The position numbers and the translations under genes were made by a program. The notes below the pieces were generated by a model. The model ran no database searches, had not been told where the DNA came from, and worked only from the letters and a program-made list of their open reading frames with translations. This document shows positions 50,356 to 60,803 of a stretch of 64,000 bases of DNA, in pieces; within the stretch, counting starts at the first letter, position 1; each line of letters opens with the position of its first letter. Source of the stretch: a virus (taxonomy: Duplodnaviria > Caudoviricetes); IMG/VR virus record IMGVR_UViG_3300037312_001875, positions 1 through 64,000 of that record; one strand, given 5' to 3'.

Positions 50356-50597
50356 TTCTTATAAATTCACTCCTTCCCACTGAAATGCATATAGGTCTAT
50401 TATACAATGAGTAAAGGAGTATAGTCCTATTTTTCTAAAAACTTATTCCAGTACTTTATTCCTAAAAATATATAAGCTATAATTCTAATGAATACTTTTC
50501 TATCAATCAGAGAAACTGAAGTTCCGAACTGCCCATTCGGAACTTCTAATTTATTGTGATGCTTATAATGTAGGATAATTGACCTATTTCATAAAGG

Positions 50598-50999
50598 ATG
50601 ATTCAGATGGATTATGCAAAATTAGAGTCACGTATGTTTAGATTTTTGGAGATTACTCAAATTCAAACGAGTTTAAAGGAAGAGAAAAGTAATTTAAAAG
50701 AGCAAATTGCGGAGATGCTGCAGGAAGAAGGATTATCCCATCATACCGCTTTATTTGATGAGAACCATGAATTGAAAGTGACTGTCACGCCAGGAACCAA
50801 AAAGGTGTTTGAAAAAGAAAAGATGGCGGATGATTTAGGGGTAACAACAGCTTCTACCCAGAAGAAAGATTTTTTAATTAATATGACTGAACAAGGTAAA
50901 CTCACCTTGGATCGGTTTAAACGATATTTTCATCAAGAACCAAATGTAAAGTTTTCTCTTCGGAAAGTAAAAAAGAAGAAGAAAAAGGTGAAAAAATGA
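50598..50999 (+). CDS. Hypothetical phage protein, Lys-rich C-tail
   Basis: AAGGA SD; dyad box at 50571-50586. Confidence 0.6.
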   Translation: MIQMDYAKLESRMFRFLEITQIQTSLKEEKSNLKEQIAEMLQEEGLSHHTALFDENHELKVTVTPGTKKVFEKEKMADDLGVTTASTQKKDFLINMTEQGKLTLDRFKRYFHQEPNVKFSLRKVKKKKKKVKK

Positions 51000-51478
51000 T
51001 ACAGAATCTGTTCCTTATTCAAAAGAATTTAATGAATGAAATAGAAGAAAAACATCCTGCTCATCCAGAGGAGAACCGTTTTAACAAAAAGTTACTCGCT
51101 TGCTTGGTGGAACTTGGCGAGGCAGCTCAGGAGCAGAGGTCGTGGAAATATTGGAGCAACGATCGTAAACCTCGGACTAAAAAACTCCTGGAGGAATTGG
51201 TTGATGTTCTCCATTTTATATTAGAGTTTGGAATCATTTTAGAGGTTATCTATTATGCCGAAGAAATCGAACCGCATAAATGTGACACAGTGGAAGAACA
51301 GTTTATTGCTTTATACAACCACATTTTATCTACTTCCTTAGACGAAGTGTTTTATTTAGACCTTTTAAACACTTATGTAGGATTAATTGAAATGGTCGGT
51401 TTTACTTGGGATGAAATCGAAAATGCTTATTTTGATAAAGTGAAAGTCAATTACGGAAGATTAGAAAACGGTTATTAA
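50996..51478 (+). CDS. Dimeric (all-alpha) dUTPase
   Basis: LVELGE, WKYWS, LEELVDVLHF and YFDK...N..R..NGY. Confidence 0.85.
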   Translation: MIQNLFLIQKNLMNEIEEKHPAHPEENRFNKKLLACLVELGEAAQEQRSWKYWSNDRKPRTKKLLEELVDVLHFILEFGIILEVIYYAEEIEPHKCDTVEEQFIALYNHILSTSLDEVFYLDLLNTYVGLIEMVGFTWDEIENAYFDKVKVNYGRLENGY

Positions 51479-51497
51479 TGTAAAGGAAGGGAATGAC

Positions 51498-51866
51498 ATG
51501 CTTTTAAAGTTGCCCAGAGTATTGCTACATGAAAAAAACTCTCGTCGTATCATGTTTGTTCCCTATCCCGCAGAACTCTACGGCGTCTATTTGACACCAG
51601 ATGAAGGAGTTTGGACACTCAAGGTAGTAGCGGATGAGATTGAACAGTTGATTAGGCGATATGCTATTTTATTTCCTGATGTACTGGATGAATTTGAAAC
51701 TGATACATATACGGGTTATCGGTGTATGGTTCACGATGAAGACACAGGGATCACACGACAGATTCTTGAAAGGTTAGGCTATGAACTAGAAGAATCAGAG
51801 TTTTCACCTTATAAATTGTATTGGGTTGTTTTAAAAACTAGGGATGAGAAGAGGAAGAAGAAATGA
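51498..51866 (+). CDS. Hypothetical protein
   Basis: In an operon with the dUTPase; AAGGG SD. Confidence 0.6.
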   Translation: MLLKLPRVLLHEKNSRRIMFVPYPAELYGVYLTPDEGVWTLKVVADEIEQLIRRYAILFPDVLDEFETDTYTGYRCMVHDEDTGITRQILERLGYELEESEFSPYKLYWVVLKTRDEKRKKK

Positions 51867-52660
51867 CAATCGAAGTTTTAGAGGATGGTATTTGGTATAT
51901 CGGTGATACATTTAAACTCAAGATGACAAGATATACTGATCCTGAACGAAAGAACCTTGCTCGGAATGCGGCTAGATATCTTGGAAAAAAAGATATTGAT
52001 AACATCCGTAGACCCCTTTCCATTATCCGTAAGTATCACGTGCCAGAGATATTTAGAGGAGAACATGTTGAGTTTGAATTTTATGATGTGAGCAAAGAAG
52101 TTTATGACCACATCATCACATATACGACCAGAGATATGAGGGTAGCTGGTGGCAATCGTGCCTTAACATCCGACAATTACGCATTACCATCTGATAAAGT
52201 GAAAGATATAGATAGGGTTGAAAGAGCTGTAATTACTTCAATGGACAGATATCAAAATCTTTTAAGTCATGGTGAAACTCCACAGGTAGCACGTTCCGCT
52301 ATGCCTGTTGCTGCTAAAATGAATATATTTGTCTATCAGTTTAACTTTCTAACGCTTGGACAATCAGTATTCAATCAGAGGATATGGGACAATGGTGCTC
52401 AGGGGAACACCGTTAAAGTGGTTAAAGGCATGTTTGAACTATGTGCTCATATCGACAAGGAATTATGGGATACCTGGTATGAATACTATGGAACCCCGAT
52501 GATGCGGTGGAGACAGGCAAGAAAGAAAGCAAAACGTATGACGGTTCACCAATTATTAAACGAATTACACGAATTAGCGCTCTCTGGAGAAGGAAATCCA
52601 GATCAAACGGTGGAAGATTATTTTGTTGAGAAATACGGAGAAATGGAATCGATGTGGTAG
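51863..52660 (+). CDS. ThyX-fold protein with degenerate FAD/catalytic motif
   Basis: EH.EFEF, G.TPQVARSAMP, FNQR and AQG are collinear with ThyX; RHRx7S is replaced by TYTTRDMRVAGGNR. Confidence 0.65.
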   Translation: MTIEVLEDGIWYIGDTFKLKMTRYTDPERKNLARNAARYLGKKDIDNIRRPLSIIRKYHVPEIFRGEHVEFEFYDVSKEVYDHIITYTTRDMRVAGGNRALTSDNYALPSDKVKDIDRVERAVITSMDRYQNLLSHGETPQVARSAMPVAAKMNIFVYQFNFLTLGQSVFNQRIWDNGAQGNTVKVVKGMFELCAHIDKELWDTWYEYYGTPMMRWRQARKKAKRMTVHQLLNELHELALSGEGNPDQTVEDYFVEKYGEMESMW

Positions 52661-52673
52661 GAGGTGTTTTAAC

Positions 52674-52832
52674 ATGATGGAAAAGTATGGAGTGGAACAA
52701 TCCACGTATGAAGTGGTGGTTCCAGTTCCGGGGAAACCGGATGATTTTCAAGTGATTGGCTCGTATTTAAGTTTAGAGGATGCTACAAAAGTTCAACAAA
52801 AAAATCCAAAGTCGATTGTTCGACCTGAATAA
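52674..52832 (+). CDS. Small hypothetical protein
   Basis: AGGAGG SD. Confidence 0.55.
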   Translation: MMEKYGVEQSTYEVVVPVPGKPDDFQVIGSYLSLEDATKVQQKNPKSIVRPE

Positions 52833-52845
52833 AATAGTCCTCCCC

Positions 52846-53271
52846 TCAAAGGGGAGGTTTTTGTATGTATACCTTTTTATTCGCAAGATAAGCGAATTTG
52901 GCATATGTAATACTATTACCGTGTGGGTCGGTAAAATGTTTAGTCGTGTAAGGATTATAGTTCACTTCCCATTCCATGCCTTGCGGTTGAAGGTCGCTTC
53001 CTAAGTAAGTACCTTTCACCCAGGCATGAACTTTTTTTCGTCTTTGCTCAATCACTTGTTTCCTTCCGACTTCACTGACATGAAAAACGGCATCTTGCAG
53101 GAGTACGTTAGTGGCGTATCCGACTACAAGACCTGTTTTCATATTAACGATTGAATATTTACCTTGTTGATGTAAATTGACGTAGCATCGTACTAAGTTC
53201 CCTTCTTTAATTGTCCGTCCGTATAGGAAATCCACTAGCTGGCCCTCCTCAAAAAAATATTGAGGAATCAC
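52846..53271 (-). CDS. Conserved phage hypothetical protein
   Basis: VRCYVNLH...SI...F.VSE.GR..V....RK.VHAWVKG pattern. Confidence 0.65.
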   Translation of the reverse strand: MIPQYFFEEGQLVDFLYGRTIKEGNLVRCYVNLHQQGKYSIVNMKTGLVVGYATNVLLQDAVFHVSEVGRKQVIEQRRKKVHAWVKGTYLGSDLQPQGMEWEVNYNPYTTKHFTDPHGNSITYAKFAYLANKKVYIQKPPL

Positions 53272-53301
53272 ATCCTGGGGGATTGTGTTTCCTCAATATT
53301 C

Positions 53302-53934
53302 TTATAACACCATTTTTGATGAAACAATCCGTTTAATTCGGTCAAATACTTCATCAATTGAACCGCTGGCATCCACAATTTCAAAACGGTCTTTGAACTT
53401 TTTAGCGAGAAAATTATAAGCGTGACGAACTTTAATATGAAAATCCATTGGAGCTACATCAAATCGATTTTGCTCACGTTGGTTTTGTTTAATTCTTTCT
53501 AGAGCAATGACAGGGCTTAAATCCAACAAAAGAGTAAGAATTGGTGTGGTGTTTTCGACCGCAGCCATGTTTATATCATAAACGGTTTTCCATCCGACAC
53601 CTTTTGCTACTCCTTGATACACAATAGAAGAATCAAAGAATCTATCGCAGATGACAACCTTTTTGGAATGGAGAGCTGGTTGAATCACATTAATAAAATG
53701 TTCCCGTCTTGCAGCACCATACAATAGAACTTCGGTCATCGCATCCATTTCCTTCACTTCTGGATTTAACAGTAAATACCTTATCTTCTCGGCTAATTCA
53801 ACTCCCCCTGGTTCCCTTGTTGTAACCACCTCGTATCCAAGAGACTCCAAATATTCTTTTAATCTTTTAATTTGAACGCTTTTTCCAACTCCCTCTCCAC
53901 CCTCGATAGTAAGAAAGTATCCATTTTGACTCAT
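53302..53934 (-). CDS. tmk: Thymidylate kinase
   Basis: IEGGEGVGKS, TREPGG, ICDRFFDSSIVYQG. Confidence 0.9.
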   Translation of the reverse strand: MSQNGYFLTIEGGEGVGKSVQIKRLKEYLESLGYEVVTTREPGGVELAEKIRYLLLNPEVKEMDAMTEVLLYGAARREHFINVIQPALHSKKVVICDRFFDSSIVYQGVAKGVGWKTVYDINMAAVENTTPILTLLLDLSPVIALERIKQNQREQNRFDVAPMDFHIKVRHAYNFLAKKFKDRFEIVDASGSIDEVFDRIKRIVSSKMVL

Positions 53935-54181
53935 AGTAATCCCTCCGGAAAATCTATATATAGTATTGCATCGTTTGTGCACTCACAATAAATTGTGGTT
54001 TTGTGGTAATATGAGGATGGCTCGGATTGTTAACCCCGATCTGAAGTTCCCCGTTGTTTTAACTTTGGGAAGCAATAGCGCGTGCTTTTGCTTCTCCTTT
54101 TTTTGTTTCTATATTTCTATATTACATGATAATGGTATAATGGTCATAGGACAAAAAGGAAGAAGAGAGAGGTTTTTCGTC

Positions 54182-54499
54182 ATGGGGTTAACTGGAGAGT
54201 GGGTTAAGGGACCGTTTTTGTGTACCACCATTGAGGGTTTTGTTTTGGAAGTATCGAATGGGTATTGCAAAATTATTGTCAAAAAGATGGACGATGTTGA
54301 GGAATACCTGCCACCACGTTTACAAATAGGTTCTGTTCATTACTTGCCTTTGAGAGTAATAGAAGAGTTTTATATACATTTTAATTTCGACCAACAATCA
54401 TCGTTGATCGAAACGGCTCAAATGTTGGATGACTATCATTGGGTAGCTGAGCTGAAAGAGCAATTCTATAATCCGTTTATTAGCAAACAAATTATTTAA
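54182..54499 (+). CDS. Hypothetical protein, IDEAL-like C-terminus
   Basis: GAGG SD; LIETAQMLDDYHWVAEL. Confidence 0.5.
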   Translation: MGLTGEWVKGPFLCTTIEGFVLEVSNGYCKIIVKKMDDVEEYLPPRLQIGSVHYLPLRVIEEFYIHFNFDQQSSLIETAQMLDDYHWVAELKEQFYNPFISKQII

Positions 54500-54514
54500 A
54501 AGGGGAATTTATCA

Positions 54515-54964
54515 ATGATGAATCGTGTTGTGCTTGTTGGCCGTTTAACAAAAGATCCAGATTTGCGTTATACACCAAATGGGGTTCCTGTTGCCACCTT
54601 TACTCTAGCGGTCAATCGTCCTTTTGCTGATCAATCCGGTGAGAGGCAGGCAGACTTTATCAACTGTGTGGTTTGGCGTAAACCAGCGGAGAACGTATCA
54701 AATTACCTTAAAAAAGGTTCGCTTTGTGGAGTCGATGGACGAATTCAAACAAGGAATTACGAAGGTCAAGATGGTAAACGTGTTTACGTTACAGAAGTTC
54801 AAGCAGAAAGCGTACAATTCTTAGAAACAAAGAGTAACAATGGATACCAACCACCAATGGAGCCGCCCCCAGAACGTGGCGGCACAAATCAATATAACAA
54901 GAATAGTGATCCATTCGCCGGAAGCGGAAATATTGACCTTGGCGAAGATGATCATCCATTCTGA
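54515..54964 (+). CDS. ssb: Single-stranded DNA-binding protein
   Basis: [21 protein letters not shown]...[14 protein letters not shown]...[14 protein letters not shown]; acidic DDHPF tail. Confidence 0.95.
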   Translation: MMNRVVLVGRLTKDPDLRYTPNGVPVATFTLAVNRPFADQSGERQADFINCVVWRKPAENVSNYLKKGSLCGVDGRIQTRNYEGQDGKRVYVTEVQAESVQFLETKSNNGYQPPMEPPPERGGTNQYNKNSDPFAGSGNIDLGEDDHPF

Positions 54965-55050
54965 TGACAACCCACCGTACAAGCGGTGGGTTTTTTGATA
55001 TATTGATAATAGGTAATTTATCATAGGACTAAAGAAGGAGGTTGAGGGAA

Positions 55051-57459
55051 ATGTCGTTCGATAAAGTTATCCCTTCAAGGATTTCGGAATACAAAATTTT
55101 CAATGTTTCATCGACGGATGAATTAATCAAAGAAGCTAGTGAAATAGATTTTCCGTCAGGCTTTGTCTATGATCCTGACTTTCTATATATGTGGGTCAGA
55201 ATCGTGTCCGCGGGAGAGTTTTATGGGCCTAATAAGAACGGAGATTACTTTCCTGAGAGTGAGCTAGTTTCCTATTGGGAGACTTTTAGAGAAGCTCATC
55301 CTTTTAAAAATCATGAGAATAAGAATGTTGAAAATGCCATCGGAAAGATTATCGATGTACGTTGGAATTCTCTTATGAAGTGCGTGGAAATCCTGAAAGG
55401 GATTGATAAGAAAAGAGCTCCAGAGGTTGCGAGAGGATTTCAAAAAGGCTATTTAACTGACGTTTCGATGGGCTGTAAAGTTCCTTACACCGAGTGCAGC
55501 GTGTGCGGAAATCGGGCGAGAAAACGGTCAGAGTTCTGCGATCACGTAAGAAATCATCGTTTGCAATTTTTAGGGAACGGCGAACGAGTTTATGAGGTTA
55601 ACTATAAACCACGCTTCCATGATTCTAGCACTGTATTAAATGGAGCTGAGCGTGTCGCAAAAGCGTTCTACATTATTGATACACCTCCGAAAGGTGTAAA
55701 TGTTTCTTTCAATAAAGTAGCTTCATCAACAGGGGCTACCATTCACTATATCCCTGTTTCGGAGGTTGAAATGGATAAAATCGCATCAGTACAAGAAACC
55801 ATTCACCCGCTTTTAAAAGAAGAAGTATTGGAGAAAAGCGCATCTGCTTCTCCTATGATGAAAAAAATCGCCGAATTAGAAAAAGAACTGACAGGAAAGA
55901 TTTTGAATGCAGTTAGTGAATCTAATAGCGGGAAAAATCCCCAAGCAAAACCAATGCTGGAAGTAATTAAATTTTTAACGGACAAGCGAATGGATGAAAA
56001 ATCTCTAAAAAAAATCGCTTTGTCGGTTAAGGAAGTAGCCAAGCAAAATAACGTTCCGTTACCAAAAGCATTCAGCACCTTAATTGGCGTGGCTGAATTG
56101 TTGGGGATCGAGTTCTTTCCGAGTGAAATCCATACGCTTCTTAGCCACTTGACGGATGCAGGCTTAAATCGAGATTTGGATTTATCCGCTGGCGGTGAGG
56201 AACCTGTTTATCCGAGTGAGTATGCCAATGCGGTCCATAAAGCAGTTGCAGCCATAGAACCTGCACATGGATTTAACAGTCCATCGAGCCTATTTAGGAT
56301 TTACGATGATGCTGCTCATAACGTAGGTGGATTAACGGAAAATCCGTTGTCTTTCCTTTCGTCATACTCAGATGATGACGATATGGATACTAGACCACCG
56401 GTTCATGTCATCCGAATCATAAAGAAAACGTTAAGCCCAATCATGGGGCTTAGAAGTCATCGTCCAGAACATCTGTATCCAAGACTTTCGGTCATCCTGG
56501 CTGGGCACAGACCAATCATCGGAAATAGTGATGTTCGTCGAGACTTAGGGATTCTTTCTGAACCTTCCAGTGCAGGAGACCTATTAGGAAGGCTGGCATA
56601 CGGTTTATATCAACAAATGAGACCGGAAATGACGGGAACGCGTTTAATCAAGTTTGCTGCAGAAGAATTAGATGGGTTGGAGAAAAAGGCATATGAATTT
56701 ACTCCTCATATCGGTTACGTCAACAATAAACCGAAAATAGGATTGGGTTACCGACAATTAGCGATGGGTGCGATTCCTCTGGCTTATGGTGCGAGTGCAT
56801 TCCAAAAATCGCGCCGGGATCATGGAGGTTATTTGAGCGATGGACAGAACTTCGTTGCCGATCATCCAGGCATGATTGCTCTTGGTGCTATTTTTGGCGG
56901 AAAACCAATTTCTAGAGCAGTAGTGAAATCCGGTAAAGGTGTTGCTTCTGCCGTTGGAAAAGGCATTGATGCAGTAAAATCTTCGTTTACCAAACAGGCG
57001 GATGAATTTTTATATGAAGAAATGGTAAAGGAAGCTTCGGCCGGTTCCTCTGGAGACTTCAATGTGTTCCAAGGAAACGAGGTCATGAAGCGCTATATGG
57101 ATGAAACAGGAGCAAATTCAGAACAAGCGAGTGCGGTAAAGATGGCCACTCTTTTAACACTGGGAGGAATGGATAAAACGGCATTTGAGATTATGGACCA
57201 TTACAACATTCCAAACCAAGAAAAAGGAAGATTGCTAAAAATTGCGATGGTTTACACAGATGAGCAATTGGAAAAGGCAGCCGAGGATTTCACGAACAAC
57301 TTAATTCTTAGTGCATTCAGCGATACTTCTCCGTTAGCACCGACTTTACCAGGAAGAGCTATAGATGCTTTGATTTTCAAACAGCTCGGAAAGTTGGCTC
57401 AACCTAAACATCCTAATCAACCCCAACCCAATCAGCCGATGAAGGGAGATTTAAACTAA
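55051..57459 (+). CDS. Prohead protease with zinc-ribbon insert and long K-x-A-rich C-terminal region
   Basis: GPNKNGDYFP, KNH, DVSMGC, CSVCG...CDH; first gene of the head operon. Confidence 0.7.
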   Translation: MSFDKVIPSRISEYKIFNVSSTDELIKEASEIDFPSGFVYDPDFLYMWVRIVSAGEFYGPNKNGDYFPESELVSYWETFREAHPFKNHENKNVENAIGKIIDVRWNSLMKCVEILKGIDKKRAPEVARGFQKGYLTDVSMGCKVPYTECSVCGNRARKRSEFCDHVRNHRLQFLGNGERVYEVNYKPRFHDSSTVLNGAERVAKAFYIIDTPPKGVNVSFNKVASSTGATIHYIPVSEVEMDKIASVQETIHPLLKEEVLEKSASASPMMKKIAELEKELTGKILNAVSESNSGKNPQAKPMLEVIKFLTDKRMDEKSLKKIALSVKEVAKQNNVPLPKAFSTLIGVAELLGIEFFPSEIHTLLSHLTDAGLNRDLDLSAGGEEPVYPSEYANAVHKAVAAIEPAHGFNSPSSLFRIYDDAAHNVGGLTENPLSFLSSYSDDDDMDTRPPVHVIRIIKKTLSPIMGLRSHRPEHLYPRLSVILAGHRPIIGNSDVRRDLGILSEPSSAGDLLGRLAYGLYQQMRPEMTGTRLIKFAAEELDGLEKKAYEFTPHIGYVNNKPKIGLGYRQLAMGAIPLAYGASAFQKSRRDHGGYLSDGQNFVADHPGMIALGAIFGGKPISRAVVKSGKGVASAVGKGIDAVKSSFTKQADEFLYEEMVKEASAGSSGDFNVFQGNEVMKRYMDETGANSEQASAVKMATLLTLGGMDKTAFEIMDHYNIPNQEKGRLLKIAMVYTDEQLEKAAEDFTNNLILSAFSDTSPLAPTLPGRAIDALIFKQLGKLAQPKHPNQPQPNQPMKGDLN

Positions 57460-58169
57460 TGATCAATCGATATTCCAATCAGAATCATGCGGTTCATCGA
57501 AAAGAAAATGATTTAGAGAAGATCGCCAGTGTTTATGACAAAATGAGCATTTCCAATCGTGTAAAAGAGGAGAAGGAATTGTCTTTCTCTTCTCTACATC
57601 CTTTTGAATCTGAAGGTGTTCTTTCTATTATGAAAAAACAAGCGTCGGAATTAGAAGAGTTAGAGATGGAGAAAAAAGCGAATCCTTTTGAGGTATTCGG
57701 AGGGGCAAAACATTATATTTCTTCCAAACTGGGTGTGGGAGATGATATGGCTCATAACCTTGCTTCTACTGTATTATCGAGAGCTCAAGACCTTTCAAAC
57801 GTTTACGGCGGCAATGTCAATGATATGGTCACAGGGATTGTCGACAATATGGATAAAAATGAAATCCACACTCGCTTAGGTGTGGTTCCAATGAGACCGA
57901 TGAGTCCGCAAGAGACGGAAGATGCCGTGGAGCAACAACTGATGGCCGCATTTCATTTATCTGCGGTAGATGTCGCTCATTACAAAAAAAATGTTATGGA
58001 TCAGGCTCGTAACTTATCTGTCCTGCACAGACAAAATGAGATATCCGACATTGCGGCTGCCATTATCAAAGTGTTAGTAACTCATCAGGACATTACATTG
58101 GTCAATAACATTTCATCATCTGCTGCACTTAAAAAAGAAGTTGAAGCGCATTTGGCTCAAGGGCAGTAG
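57459..58169 (+). CDS. Putative internal head protein
   Basis: LEKIAS, MKKQAS and MEKKAN motifs; in the head operon. Confidence 0.55.
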   Translation: MINRYSNQNHAVHRKENDLEKIASVYDKMSISNRVKEEKELSFSSLHPFESEGVLSIMKKQASELEELEMEKKANPFEVFGGAKHYISSKLGVGDDMAHNLASTVLSRAQDLSNVYGGNVNDMVTGIVDNMDKNEIHTRLGVVPMRPMSPQETEDAVEQQLMAAFHLSAVDVAHYKKNVMDQARNLSVLHRQNEISDIAAAIIKVLVTHQDITLVNNISSSAALKKEVEAHLAQGQ

Positions 58170-58181
58170 GAGGGAACCGTC

Positions 58182-59390
58182 ATGGAAGAACAACGATTAT
58201 TTGGTGATAAGCCTTTTATGGAAAAAGAGGCGTTGGAACTGAACCCTAGAGCCATCATAGGTGCGCTTAAAGGGGCAGGAAATCTGTTTAGAAGAACACC
58301 TAGAGAACCACAAGCAGGGGGAATGGGGAAATTCGTTCATAACGCAGGTGAATCTACCGTTAATCCTGAAAATGTGAGAATGTTCGATGAAGCAGAAGTG
58401 CAAGAAAGGGCGAGGAAAGAAAGTTTAAAGTCCGGAACGGGAAGCTTCGTTAGCGATGCTTTATTGGGAATCACCAAAAGAGTAGTGCCTAAAACAAAGG
58501 AACCGATTGAAAATTTTGTTGGCAAGGCAAAAGAAACGATTGAGGGATGGGATACAGCAGCTGGGAAAGTGCTATCAGGAAAAAACCCTGATTCTTTAAG
58601 GGGAAAATTATTCTCTTCTAAAGTGGGCCGACAAGTGGGAGAAATCACAGAAGATGGTTCGACAGATCCATTAATGAGGGAAGGAAGAAGACCGTCTTTG
58701 ATTGCGCCTATCGAAAATACGGTAAAGGTAACGACGCCATTTTTGGCTACCGCTTATGTTGCGGATAAGTTATATCCACCGAACAAACAACAAGAAAGCA
58801 CCCTTCCCCCATACGAGGATAATTTGCAGAAGACATCTTATTTCGATGAGTCTTTCATGGAACAAATGGATAAAATCGCTTCCATGCAGAAGATTGCGGA
58901 ATTGGAAGAATGCCTTAACCATGCTGAAACTGAGTTGGAAAAAGTGGCAATGGAAAAGACAGCGGTGGAAAAAAGACTCGAAAACACCATAAGGGAAAAA
59001 GAATCGTTAGAAAAACGAGCAAGCCTAGCGGAAGAAAATCTACTGGAAAAAGTTGCGGAGTTCGAGGAACTTCGGTTAAGGACGATTGCGAAAGAACGCT
59101 CTAAGGTGGCTGTCGAACTAGCAGAACAGTTGTTAGAAGCTGGGATTGTCAAGCAAGCTCATTTAAATGATACAATCGACAATCTTATGGAGTGCGACGA
59201 AGGTACTATAAATATGTATTCTAATATGGTTAAAGAAGGAAAAAGACAGGACGAAAGTCTTGAAAGTTTAGCATTTTTAAGCGAATATAAGAGTAATGAT
59301 AAACTAGTCTCGAACTCTGATGGGACTTCTGTACTATCTAAAAGAGGTCAAACTATAGGGGAAGCGGCTAGGGATCTCAACAAACGATAA
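58182..59390 (+). CDS. Scaffold-like coiled-coil head protein
   Basis: Long Glu/Lys heptad region with repeated EKxA; upstream of the capsid genes. Confidence 0.6.
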   Translation: MEEQRLFGDKPFMEKEALELNPRAIIGALKGAGNLFRRTPREPQAGGMGKFVHNAGESTVNPENVRMFDEAEVQERARKESLKSGTGSFVSDALLGITKRVVPKTKEPIENFVGKAKETIEGWDTAAGKVLSGKNPDSLRGKLFSSKVGRQVGEITEDGSTDPLMREGRRPSLIAPIENTVKVTTPFLATAYVADKLYPPNKQQESTLPPYEDNLQKTSYFDESFMEQMDKIASMQKIAELEECLNHAETELEKVAMEKTAVEKRLENTIREKESLEKRASLAEENLLEKVAEFEELRLRTIAKERSKVAVELAEQLLEAGIVKQAHLNDTIDNLMECDEGTINMYSNMVKEGKRQDESLESLAFLSEYKSNDKLVSNSDGTSVLSKRGQTIGEAARDLNKR

Positions 59391-59411
59391 ATGACAAGGA
59401 GGAATAGACCG

Positions 59412-59855
59412 ATGGCTCTAGCGCAAACAAATTATTTCCAAAATGCTCACAGACTCGATCGCCCAATTGCCGCTGCTGTTACAAACATTCAACCAGGACA
59501 GTTGTTCCAATTAAACGCAAACGGTGAATTCGAAGTAGCTGATGGTACTAAAAAAGCGTATCCAACACTTAACTCTCGTTTTCCAGGGCAAGGGTTAGGA
59601 CGTCAAGGTGAAAGATTAGAAGGACGCGACGATGTAAGCCGTTCTGGACGTATCGCGGTTCTTAAAGGGAACTTTGAAATCGGTACTGACCAATACGATA
59701 AGACAAAAACATTCGCTTATGGCGCTCCAGTAGTACCAGGTGCAGGAGGAAAAGTAATTCCTTTTGTTGAGGGTACTCACAAAGTACAAAACATTGTAGG
59801 TCATGTAACCCATGTTCCGACTGACGCTAGCGATATGATCCGCTACGAAGGTTAA
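59412..59855 (+). CDS. Capsid decoration/cement protein
   Basis: Size, beta-rich composition and position immediately before the MCP. Confidence 0.6.
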   Translation: MALAQTNYFQNAHRLDRPIAAAVTNIQPGQLFQLNANGEFEVADGTKKAYPTLNSRFPGQGLGRQGERLEGRDDVSRSGRIAVLKGNFEIGTDQYDKTKTFAYGAPVVPGAGGKVIPFVEGTHKVQNIVGHVTHVPTDASDMIRYEG

Positions 59856-59885
59856 TAGATAAAAAGGGAAAAGGAGGAATATACA

Positions 59886-60803
59886 ATGCCAATGTCAACA
59901 CCACGTATGAACGGTGAACTTCGTGAAGAAGAGTTAGAGCTTCGCGAACTTCTATCATCTCCAACCGGTTTTGAACGCTATGCGTCAGAAAAAATGCCGG
60001 AATTTATTCAAGTTGTACGAGATTACGAGGGCTTTGTCCGTGACGTTCTTATGGTCACTGAAGTTACTCCCGAAGACCTTGTTCGTGTAGACGAAGAAGT
60101 ATTTGTCGTTTACTCGAAAGACGTTGATGCAACAGCATCCGTTATCGCTCGTTACGGCGAAGCGCCTACTCTAATGGTTAAGGGTACTACCGTGAAGGTA
60201 ACCTTCTTCCCGGTTACAACTCCACGCTTAACTATTACTCAGTGGGATCTCGACACTCAACCATACGATTTAATGCGTCGTACTCAAGAGAAGGCGGGCC
60301 AAGAGCTTTCTAAGTTAGAAGACAGAACTTTCTTAGATGCAATTGACGGCCTAATCGAATCTCCTGAAGCTGGTGGTAAGCAGCAAGTTACTCAAACTGA
60401 AACTGCTATCACTAAAGCTGGTATGTTAGCAATCAAGCAAATTTTCAGCCGTAACAACGTTGCGTTCTCATCTTATCTAATGCACCCAGCTACTTATGAT
60501 AGCTTCCTATTATGGGGCGAGGCTGAATTAGATCAATTCACCCAACGCACTGTCTTGGAAACTGGCCAGCTGCCTACGATTTGGGGTGGCTTGAAGATGA
60601 TCACAGGTATGATGATTCCTGAAAACTACGTTTATGGTCTTGCTCCGAAGGAGATTCTAGGTCGTATGCCAATCCTTCGTGATGTGACGATTGACGTACA
60701 ACGAATCCCTCAGACACAGGATAAGGAATTGTTGGCTTACGAGTACATCGGCATGTACATTCACAGCCATTTAGCGGTTTCTCGACTTGAACTTGCATCC
60801 TAA
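59886..60803 (+). CDS. Major capsid protein (HK97 fold)
   Basis: 305 aa; QELSKLEDRTFL helix, YLMHPATY, MIPENYVY.LA, YEYIGMYI; followed by a strong terminator. Confidence 0.75.
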   Translation: MPMSTPRMNGELREEELELRELLSSPTGFERYASEKMPEFIQVVRDYEGFVRDVLMVTEVTPEDLVRVDEEVFVVYSKDVDATASVIARYGEAPTLMVKGTTVKVTFFPVTTPRLTITQWDLDTQPYDLMRRTQEKAGQELSKLEDRTFLDAIDGLIESPEAGGKQQVTQTETAITKAGMLAIKQIFSRNNVAFSSYLMHPATYDSFLLWGEAELDQFTQRTVLETGQLPTIWGGLKMITGMMIPENYVYGLAPKEILGRMPILRDVTIDVQRIPQTQDKELLAYEYIGMYIHSHLAVSRLELAS

